Assembly (NCBI GenBank): GCA_963701445.1
Contig: CAVPAM010000005.1
Location: 19,353-43,352 of the forward strand
Source of the DNA: an uncultured Alphaproteobacteria bacterium
GTDB lineage: Bacteria; Pseudomonadota; Alphaproteobacteria; Rhodospirillales; Defluviicoccaceae
Direction: 5' to 3'
DNA length: 24,000 nucleotides
Position 1 is the stretch's first letter, and each line of letters opens with the position of its first letter. Positions 17,663-24,000 of the stretch are shown here, piece by piece. The translations under genes were made by a program, and so were the position numbers. The notes below the pieces were generated by a model, which saw nothing but the letters and a program-made list of their open reading frames with translations, did no database searches and had not been told where the DNA came from.

Positions 17663-17741
17663 AGGCCGGAAACTTTTGGAGATCCCAGCGAAATTGGCTC
17701 CGACGCATCGCCCAACCAGGGACTCGCCGTATTCCGCGTCC

Positions 17742-18398
17742 ATGGCGGCGGCCCCACGCGCGCCATCGGCCGATGAACTGGCGATGAGCCGCGGGCGCAC
17801 GGTGAAGCGGGCGCGTTTCATCGCCACCATGAAATACGGGCTGCCGGCGATCGCCGCGATCGTCATTCTCGTCGTCGCCATCTGGCCGCAGCTTCAGCCC
17901 CGGGTGGACCGCTTCCGAATGGGGCTCGCGGTCCTCCAGGAATCTCCCGGCGAAGAGCCGACGCTGATCAACGCCCGCTACGAGGGCGTCGACCGCAAGG
18001 GCCGTCCGTATCTGGTCACCGCCGACGAAGTGGTCAATATTCCCTCCGAGGAGGACAAGGTCGGGTTGAACGCGCCCCAGGCCGATCTCACGCTCGGAGA
18101 GGACGGGTGGGTGTCGCTCACCGCGGCGAGCGGGATTTACGACAAGAAAGCGGAGATCCTTGAACTCTCGCGCGACGTCAACCTGTTCCACGACGCCGGC
18201 CACCGGTTCACCACCTCGCGGGCCACCATCGATCTGGTCGAAGGCAACGCATCCGGCAGCGAGCCCGTGGAGGGACAGGGCCCGTTCGGGGTTTTGACGT
18301 CCGAGGGTTTCCGGATAGTGAATGAGGGCCGGACCGTGTTCTTCGACGGCCGAGCGAGGATGACCATCTACCCCAGCGCACTGCCCGATCAGAAATGA
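17742..18398 (+). CDS. lptC: LptC (LPS export system protein). The start codon is uncertain: 17742, 17784 or 17829.
   Basis: It has a single N-terminal TM helix (LPAIAAIVILVVAIWP) followed by an OstA-like beta-rich domain. Its position between kpsF and lptA supports the call. The upstream part of track ORF 17616.. overlaps kpsF and is unlikely to be coding. Confidence 0.75.
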   Translation: MAAAPRAPSADELAMSRGRTVKRARFIATMKYGLPAIAAIVILVVAIWPQLQPRVDRFRMGLAVLQESPGEEPTLINARYEGVDRKGRPYLVTADEVVNIPSEEDKVGLNAPQADLTLGEDGWVSLTAASGIYDKKAEILELSRDVNLFHDAGHRFTTSRATIDLVEGNASGSEPVEGQGPFGVLTSEGFRIVNEGRTVFFDGRARMTIYPSALPDQK

Positions 18399-19228
18399 CC
18401 AAGCCTGTATTCATCACCGCTATCGCCGCCCTCCTCGTCGTCACGGCCGTTCTGGCCTCCCCGGGGCATGCCCAGACGCTGAGACAGGAGGGCGATGGGG
18501 AGGCTCCGCCGATCGAGGTGGAAGCCGAGAATGGGATCGAGTGGCGGCGGGACGAGAAAATCGTGCTGGCCCGCGGCAACGCGCGGGCCATCCGGGGCGA
18601 CACCAAGGTCACGGCCGATACGCTCAGCGCTCACTACCGCGAACTCAACGACGGCAGCAGCGAAATCTGGCAATTGGAAGCCGATGGCAACGTCGCGATT
18701 TCATCTCCGACGGAAACGGCTTATGGAGAGAAGGGGATTTACGACGTCGAAAAAGGCTTTCTGAGATTGACCGGCGGCGACGACCTCCGCCTGGTGAGCG
18801 AGGACACCGTGGTCCGGGCCGACAACCACCTGGAATTCTGGCCGGAGAGGCAAGTCCTGTACGCGAGGGGAAATGCGTCGGCCGTTCAGCGGGAAAACCG
18901 GCTCGACGCGGACACGCTGACCGCGTTCTTCGAAAAGAACGCGGAAGGAAAAACCGAACTCGCGCGCATCGAGGCGGACGACAACGTCCGCGTGACGACA
19001 CCCGAAGAGATCCTCAAGGCGGACGAGGGCGTCTACAACCTGGAAACCGGTATCGCGACGTTCACCGGATCGGTTAAGATCACCCGCGGCCGCGACCAGC
19101 TTAATGGCTGCCGGGGAGAGGTCGACATGAACACGGGCGTCAGCAAGATTTTTGGATGCAACCAGGGCTCATCCGGAGCGCCCCGCGTCAGGGGGCTGAT
19201 CCACCCCGAGGGCAAGAAAAAGAATTAG
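18395..19228 (+). CDS. lptA: LptA/OstA-family periplasmic LPS transport protein containing two tandem OstA-like modules
   Basis: The signal peptide is MTKPVFITAIAALLVVTAVLASPGHAQ. There is an internal repeat: IEWRRDEKIVLARGNARAIRGDTKVTADTLSAHY...LEADGNVAISSP...GIYDVEKGFLRLTG matches LEFWPERQVLYARGNASAVQRENRLDADTLTAFF...IEADDNVRVTTP...GVYNLETGIATFTG. Confidence 0.8.
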   Translation: MTKPVFITAIAALLVVTAVLASPGHAQTLRQEGDGEAPPIEVEAENGIEWRRDEKIVLARGNARAIRGDTKVTADTLSAHYRELNDGSSEIWQLEADGNVAISSPTETAYGEKGIYDVEKGFLRLTGGDDLRLVSEDTVVRADNHLEFWPERQVLYARGNASAVQRENRLDADTLTAFFEKNAEGKTELARIEADDNVRVTTPEEILKADEGVYNLETGIATFTGSVKITRGRDQLNGCRGEVDMNTGVSKIFGCNQGSSGAPRVRGLIHPEGKKKN

Positions 19229-19301
19229 TGATCCGGCGCGGACTTCCGATACGTTGGACCCGGCCCACCCGGTCAAACCTGTTGAACAACGTACTGCGCG
19301 G

Positions 19302-20099
19302 ATGATGGCCCGAAGCCCGAAATCGACCGTTCCCTCCGGAGACACCCACGGCCAGAGGCCGCGGCTGGTGGCGAGCGACCGCGGCCTGTTCGCCATCAAT
19401 ATCGGCAAGCGGTACGGCAAGCGGCCGGTGGTCAGCGACGTCAATCTTTGCGTGCAACGGGGGGAGGTGGTGGGCCTGCTCGGCCCAAACGGAGCCGGAA
19501 AAACCACCTGTTTCTACATCATCACCGGGCTTGTCGCTCCCGACAGGGGAAGCATCCTGCTCGACGGCCAGAACATCACCCCCCTGCCCCTTTACCGGCG
19601 CGCCCGTCTCGGTCTCGGCTACCTGCCGCAGGAGGCATCCATATTCCGGGGACTCTCGGTGAAGGACAACATCCTTGCCGTGCTCGAGGTCGTCGAGAAA
19701 TCGCGAAAACGGCGAAACGCCATGCTGGACGCCTTGTTGGAGGAATTCGGCCTCAAGCATCTGCGGCGCGCGCCGGCGGTGGCCCTGTCCGGGGGCGAGC
19801 GGCGGCGCGTCGAAATCGCCCGGGCCCTCGCGACCAACCCCCATTTCATGTTTCTGGACGAGCCCTTCGCCGGCATCGACCCCATCGCCCTCAACGACAT
19901 CCGCATTCTGGTCATGCATCTCAAGGACCGGGGAATCGGCGTTCTCATCACCGATCATAACGTTCGGGAAACCCTGGATGTGATAGACCGTGCCTATATC
20001 ATTCATGACGGGCGGATGCTCACCGAGGGAACCCCGTCCGAAATCGTAGGCAACGAGGATGTGCGCCGCGTCTATCTTGGCGATCATTTCAGTCTGTAG
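19302..20099 (+). CDS. lptB: LptB (LPS export ABC transporter ATPase)
   Basis: Walker A is GLLGPNGAGKTT, the signature is LSGGERRRVEIARAL, and Walker B is MFLDEPFAGIDP. I prefer the ATG at 19302 over the track's TTG at 19254. Confidence 0.9.
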   Translation: MMARSPKSTVPSGDTHGQRPRLVASDRGLFAINIGKRYGKRPVVSDVNLCVQRGEVVGLLGPNGAGKTTCFYIITGLVAPDRGSILLDGQNITPLPLYRRARLGLGYLPQEASIFRGLSVKDNILAVLEVVEKSRKRRNAMLDALLEEFGLKHLRRAPAVALSGGERRRVEIARALATNPHFMFLDEPFAGIDPIALNDIRILVMHLKDRGIGVLITDHNVRETLDVIDRAYIIHDGRMLTEGTPSEIVGNEDVRRVYLGDHFSL

Positions 20100-20111
20100 G
20101 CGGACTTCACC

Positions 20112-21644
20112 ATGGCGATGACCCCACGGCTTGACCTGCGCCAAGCCCAGTCGCTGGTAATGACGCCCCAGCTGCAGCAAGCCATCAAACTGCTGCAGCT
20201 TTCCAGCACCGAGATCACCGCCTACGTCGAGGAGCAACTCGAGCAGAACCCGCTGCTGGAGAAGGACGAGTCGAGCGAGGAGGGATTTGAGGCATCCGGC
20301 ATGGACGCCGACGCGCCCGCTCCGCTTGACGGAGGAGAGCCGCGATCGGTCGACGCCGCTCTTAAAGACGACACGCCCATGGATCCCGACACCGCGTTCG
20401 ACGTGGACTCGTACGAAAACTTCTACGACACCGATGGCGGCGACGGGAACCGCGAAGCGGGCCCTCTGGGACAACGGATAGCGGACGCCGGAGGACAGGG
20501 CGCGAGCCGGTCGTTCGAGACCGACGGCAGAAGCCTCCATGAGACGCTGTCCGCCCAGACGACGCTGCGCGATCATCTGACCGGCCAGTTGACGGTGGAT
20601 GTCGTCGATCCGGTGGACCGCCTGATCGGGGTTCACCTCATCGACATGCTGGACGAGACCGGATACATCACCGAAGACATCGCCCAGATCGGCGAGCTTT
20701 TGGGCTGTCCTACCGAGCGCGTCGAGGCGACCCTAGCGCGGCTGCAGAAATTCGACCCGCCGGGAGTTTTTGCCCGCAACCTCTCGGAGTGCCTGGCCCT
20801 GCAGTTGGCGGATCGCGGCACCCTGGACCGGGCCATGATCGCCCTGCTCGACAACCTCGATCTGGTGGCCAAGCGAGACTGGACGGCCCTGGCGCGGGTA
20901 TGCGGCGTCGGGTCGAAGGGGATTGCGCGGATGGTCGATGAAATCCGTTCGCTGAACCCCAAGCCGGCGCTTGCCTTCGATTTCAGCGTCGCGCATCCGG
21001 TCATTCCGGACGTCATCATGCGGCCGCGCCCCAACGGCGGTTGGATCGTCGAACTCAACAACGAGGCCCTGCCCCGGGTCCTCGTGAATAACCACTACTA
21101 CACCCACGTCAGCGGCATGGCGTCGCGAAAAGAGGACAAACAGTTCATCAACGAGTGTTTTCAGTCCGCCAACTGGCTGGTGAAAACCCTGCATCAGCGG
21201 GCCACCACGATTCTCAAGGTATCATCGGATATCGTGCGCCAGCAGGACGCGTTCTTCCGTCATGGCGTTCACGGCCTGAAGCCGCTGATCCTTCGCGATG
21301 TCGCGGAGGAAATCGAGATGCACGAGAGCACGGTCAGCCGCGTCACCTCTAACAAGTTCATGGCCACCCCCAGGGGTATTTTCGAGTTGAAGTATTTCTT
21401 TACCCACGGGGTCGGCGGGACGCACGGCGGCGAGGTGCACTCCGCGGAGTCGGTCCGCCACCAACTCAAGGCGCTGATCGACGGCGAATCGGCGAGCCAG
21501 ATTCTATCGGACGACCAGTTGGCCGAAACGCTCCAGAAAGAAGGGATCGATATCGCCCGCCGGACGGTCGCCAAGTACCGGGAAAGCATGAAGATTGCCT
21601 CGTCCGTACAGCGTCGCCGGGACAAGAAGGCGGAGCGCCGTTGA
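20112..21644 (+). CDS. rpoN: RNA polymerase sigma-54 factor
   Basis: The N-terminus is LRQAQSLVMTPQLQQAIKLLQLS, followed by an acidic region. The C-terminal HTH is ...HESTVSRVTSNKFM and the RpoN box is ARRTVAKYRESM. Confidence 0.95.
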   Translation: MAMTPRLDLRQAQSLVMTPQLQQAIKLLQLSSTEITAYVEEQLEQNPLLEKDESSEEGFEASGMDADAPAPLDGGEPRSVDAALKDDTPMDPDTAFDVDSYENFYDTDGGDGNREAGPLGQRIADAGGQGASRSFETDGRSLHETLSAQTTLRDHLTGQLTVDVVDPVDRLIGVHLIDMLDETGYITEDIAQIGELLGCPTERVEATLARLQKFDPPGVFARNLSECLALQLADRGTLDRAMIALLDNLDLVAKRDWTALARVCGVGSKGIARMVDEIRSLNPKPALAFDFSVAHPVIPDVIMRPRPNGGWIVELNNEALPRVLVNNHYYTHVSGMASRKEDKQFINECFQSANWLVKTLHQRATTILKVSSDIVRQQDAFFRHGVHGLKPLILRDVAEEIEMHESTVSRVTSNKFMATPRGIFELKYFFTHGVGGTHGGEVHSAESVRHQLKALIDGESASQILSDDQLAETLQKEGIDIARRTVAKYRESMKIASSVQRRRDKKAERR

Positions 21645-21661
21645 TGACCCGGGAGCGAGAC

Positions 21662-21690
21662 TTGACACAAATCAGAGGGGCAACTAAGTT
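21662..21690 (+). promoter_or_regulatory. Tentative sigma70-type promoter for hpf-ptsN
   Basis: TTGACA (21662-21667), then a 17-nt spacer, then TAAGTT (21685-21690). It lies 18 nt after the rpoN stop. Confidence 0.35.
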
Positions 21691-21815
21691 CGCCGCCTTC
21701 GCAAGCCGAATGCGCGGCGCGAGGTCGGAATCGCCAACCGAATCGCCGCGCATGCAAGGAACAGGCACACGAACCGGGTCGCGCTTCTGCTCCCCGCGTC
21801 AGGATGTCTCTTAAT

Positions 21816-22391
21816 ATGGACATATCGATTAAAGGTAAGCGGCTGGACGTTGGCGATGCCTTGCGCTCTCACGTCGAGGACCGTCTGGCAACCGCCGTCT
21901 CCAAGTACTTCCTCAAGGCCCACGACGCCAACGTGACGATCTCCCGCGAAGCGCATTTCTTCCGCGCCGACATATCGGTGCATCCGCTCAGGGGGGTATT
22001 GGTTCAGGGCCGCTCCAACGCCGACGACGCCTACGCGGCCTTCGATTCCGCGCTGGAGCATATCGCGAAGCAACTGCGGCGCTACAAACGCAGGCTCAAC
22101 GACAAACACAAGGGCCGCGCCCCGGAAGAGGCCATTCCCGCGCAGCAATACACGCTGGCGCCGGAGAGCGGCGAGGACGAGTTGCCGGAGGAGGGCCAGC
22201 CCGCGATCATCGCCGAGCTGCCAACGGAAATCGCGACGCTGAGCGTCAGCGAGGCGGTGATGCGTATGGACTTGGCCGACGTTCCAGCGCTAATGTTCAA
22301 GAATCGGGCCAATGGTGGCCTCAACGTTGTGTATCGCCGTCCCGACGGCAACATCGGATGGATCGACCCTGCAAATACGGCACACGCGTAA
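21816..22391 (+). CDS. hpf: Ribosome hibernation promoting factor, long form
   Basis: The N-terminus MDISIKGKRLDVGDALRSHVEDRL is typical of HPF/YfiA. The C-terminal dimerisation domain is ...ELPTEIATLSVSEAVMRMDLADVPALMFKN...NVVYRRPDGNIGWIDP. AGGA lies 11 nt upstream of the ATG at 21816. Confidence 0.9.
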   Translation: MDISIKGKRLDVGDALRSHVEDRLATAVSKYFLKAHDANVTISREAHFFRADISVHPLRGVLVQGRSNADDAYAAFDSALEHIAKQLRRYKRRLNDKHKGRAPEEAIPAQQYTLAPESGEDELPEEGQPAIIAELPTEIATLSVSEAVMRMDLADVPALMFKNRANGGLNVVYRRPDGNIGWIDPANTAHA

Positions 22392-22406
22392 GGGTCCGTG
22401 GCAAGT

Positions 22407-22871
22407 ATGGAAATCGCTGATCTGATCAAGCCCGAGAACGTGGTCGCCAATCTCCGCGCGAGCAGCAAGAAACAGGCTCTTCAGGATCTCGCCCGCCGTG
22501 CCGCCACGATCACCGGTCAACCGGAACGCGCCGTGTTCGCCGTATTGATGAAACGCGAACGCCTGGGCACCACGGGCGTGGGGAACGGCATCGCCATCCC
22601 CCACGGTAAGCTGCCGAACCTCGACAAGCTGCATGGTCTGTTCGCGCGTCTCGAGCATCCCATCGACTTCGAGTCCATCGACGACAGGCCGGTGGATCTG
22701 ATCTTTCTCCTGCTGGCCCCCGAATCCTCCGGCGCCGACCATCTCAAGGCTTTGGCCAGGGTTTCACGTCTGCTGCGGGACAAGAACGCCTGCGAGAAAC
22801 TTCGCGGGACCGACGACTCGGAGGCGCTCTATGCGCTGCTGGTCGACACGACGGCCAGCTGGGCCGCCTGA
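22407..22871 (+). CDS. ptsN: PTS-Ntr EIIA (nitrogen regulatory protein PtsN)
   Basis: The active-site region is TTGVGNGIAIPHGK. Its position after rpoN-hpf supports the call. I prefer the ATG at 22407 over the GTG at 22398. Confidence 0.9.
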   Translation: MEIADLIKPENVVANLRASSKKQALQDLARRAATITGQPERAVFAVLMKRERLGTTGVGNGIAIPHGKLPNLDKLHGLFARLEHPIDFESIDDRPVDLIFLLLAPESSGADHLKALARVSRLLRDKNACEKLRGTDDSEALYALLVDTTASWAA

Positions 22872-22927
22872 CGCCTGTCTGGCCCCCTCGCGGCCACCCC
22901 TCCGCCCCCGAAAGCCCTCATAACGGT

Positions 22928-23173
22928 TCAGTGGACGCTGAGGGGCTCTAAATCGTTCTGACGGGTAACGGTGAAGGCCACCTCGCGGTCGGTGGTCACG
23001 GCCAACGGCCGCCCGTCGGCGCCATGCACCGCGAAGGCCGGTTTGCCCTCCACCTCCACGTGCTTGATGTAAGCCCATTCCCCGATCCCAAGATTGGCGA
23101 GATCGTGGAGCGCCAGATCCATCACGACGGCGCCGTTCTTGTTGGTCTTCGTATTGTCTCTCGGATGATCCAT
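22928..23173 (-). CDS. DUF1150-family small protein
   Basis: 81 aa. The sequence ...LANLGIGEWAYIKHVEVEGKPAFAVHGADGRPLAVTTDREVAFTVTRQNDLEPLSVH matches my recollection of the DUF1150 pattern. The gene is paired with hsp20, as is common in alphaproteobacteria. Confidence 0.7.
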   Translation of the reverse strand: MDHPRDNTKTNKNGAVVMDLALHDLANLGIGEWAYIKHVEVEGKPAFAVHGADGRPLAVTTDREVAFTVTRQNDLEPLSVH

Positions 23174-23246
23174 AACATCCTCTCACCAGCTCTCCGCGCA
23201 CCATAGACGTCGCGCGTTTCCGCTGTGTTAAAATCAGTGTGAAAAA

Positions 23247-23720
23247 TCAGGCTTCCAACTCCACGTCGATCATTTGAGGCCGGCGCGAGGTCTTTTTGCC
23301 GGTCGCGGAGGCCCCGTCGATGGGAATGGTGCGGATCTCGGGTTCCGGCACCCGCCGTTCCAGGTCGATGCGCAACAGGCCGTTATCCAGCGAAGCCCCG
23401 CCGACCTCGATCCCGTCGGCGAGGACGAAGCTGCGGTGGAACTGTCGCGACGCGATCCCGCGGTACAGGTAAACGCGGTCGTTCTCGTCGTCCTTCCTGC
23501 GGCCCCGGATCACCAGTTGATTATCTTCCACGGTCACCCCCAGGTCCTCCATCGCGAACCCGGCGACGGCGAGGGTGATCCGCAGGCCATTTTCTCCGAC
23601 TTGCTCGATGTTGTAGGGCGGATATCCCTCGCCCGAGCTTTTGGATACATGGTCCAAAATGCGTTCGAGATGCTCGAAACCGAGCAAAAGGGGGCTATTG
23701 AAACTCTGAATGCGGGTCAT
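23247..23720 (-). CDS. Hsp20/alpha-crystallin small heat-shock protein (IbpA-like)
   Basis: The sequence YPPYNIEQVGENGLRITLAVAGFAMEDL...VIRGRR...YLYRGIASRQFHRSFVLADGIEV..ASLDNGLLRIDLER is a typical alpha-crystallin domain. Confidence 0.9.
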   Translation of the reverse strand: MTRIQSFNSPLLLGFEHLERILDHVSKSSGEGYPPYNIEQVGENGLRITLAVAGFAMEDLGVTVEDNQLVIRGRRKDDENDRVYLYRGIASRQFHRSFVLADGIEVGGASLDNGLLRIDLERRVPEPEIRTIPIDGASATGKKTSRRPQMIDVELEA

Positions 23721-23814
23721 GACCGCTTACTCCTCCGCTTGAGCGAGTATACACCGTTGTCGTGGGCCCTGAGACCGGCGCCCGTCGAAACGCCGCCACC
23801 GCGGCGGTTGGATT
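23721..23814 (-). promoter_or_regulatory. Candidate ROSE-like RNA thermometer in the hsp20 5' UTR
   Basis: The minus strand reads ...GUGUAUACUCGCUCAAGCGGAGGAGUAAGCGGUC-AUG. UACUCGCU contains the U(U/C)GCU anti-SD motif (plus-strand 23742-23746). It can pair imperfectly, with bulged G residues, with the SD GGAGGAG (plus-strand 23730-23736). Additional GC hairpins lie upstream, for example CCGCC-GCGGU-GGCGG. Confidence 0.4.
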
Positions 23815-23821
23815 TCTCCGT

Positions 23822-23850
23822 TAATGTGGTTGTCATGTGGCGATTGTCAA
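23822..23850 (-). promoter_or_regulatory. Tentative heat-shock (sigma32-like or sigma70-like) promoter of hsp20
   Basis: On the minus strand, TTGACA (23850-23845) is followed by a 15-nt spacer and then CCACATTA (23829-22). The latter resembles the sigma32 -10 consensus CCCCATNT. Read as sigma70 elements, it is TTGACA-N18-CATTAA. Confidence 0.35.
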
Positions 23851-24000
23851 TGATCCGGGCCGTGTCGCGGGACCGGAACGCGGCCCCCGGCGGCGGCCGT
23901 CGAGCGAGGCGCGCGCCGGCAAGCCCCCCACAAGTCCGTTTTGGCGAATTTTTCCGTCCCCTCCCCTCCCCAAAGGCAAGCGGGACCGCTATGTAAGGGT

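Noticed and set aside
23958-23971. C-rich tract CCCCTCCCCTCCCC (G-runs on the minus strand), a possible G-quadruplex or i-motif
   Set aside because: It has only three full G4 runs, so a fourth run is missing. It is a single occurrence at the window edge with no interpretable context.
1-24000. Search for mobile elements, CRISPR arrays, defence islands, toxin-antitoxin pairs and composition shifts
   Set aside because: I found no transposase, integrase or recombinase-like ORFs and no spaced direct-repeat arrays. There are no flanking inverted or direct repeats next to the tRNA. I see no obvious AT-rich island beyond short promoter patches. The gene content is housekeeping and envelope-related throughout.

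Overview
This is a GC-rich, gene-dense chromosomal segment. Its gene content and order look alphaproteobacterial. That is an inference from synteny: kpsF-lptC-lptA-lptB-rpoN-hpf-ptsN, a DUF1150+hsp20 pair, an NDUFA9-like SDR and a short RNase D.

I call 24 protein-coding loci, two of them interrupted by single-base frameshifts. I also call one tRNA-Leu(CAG), one strong intrinsic terminator, and a few tentative promoters and leader structures.

Gene order, left to right:
- partial MscS/MscK-type channel (-)
- SLC13 permease and a secreted Cys-type glutathione peroxidase
- a 6.5-kb minus-strand block of two adjacent MCE-type envelope lipid-transport modules: pqiA-pqiB-pqiC, then STAS-MlaE permease, a single-MCE PqiB-like protein and a PqiC-like lipoprotein
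- an orphan TAXI binding protein, an M17 aminopeptidase and a MarR regulator
- NDUFA9-like SDR (-), tRNA-Leu and rnd
- the kpsF/lpt/rpoN/hpf/ptsN cluster
- DUF1150 and hsp20 (-)

I see no transposase, integrase, CRISPR array, phage gene or recognisable defence or toxin gene, and composition looks uniform by eye. I therefore regard most of the window as ordinary core genome and cannot point to a clearly new system.

The most unusual points are:
1. The second MCE module is a MlaE/PqiB/PqiC hybrid with no ATPase gene.
2. pqiB and the TAXI gene each carry a one-base insertion at a short homopolymer. The pqiB one creates a misleading 747-aa chimeric ORF.
3. An 11-nt AT-rich motif is shared by the TAXI and marR upstream regions.
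4. There is a structured GC-rich element ending in a U7 tract upstream of the TAXI gene.
5. There is a ROSE-like leader upstream of hsp20.

Many long ORFs in the supplied track are antisense or off-frame artefacts of high GC content. The real MscS-family ORF at the left edge is missing from the track because it runs off the window.
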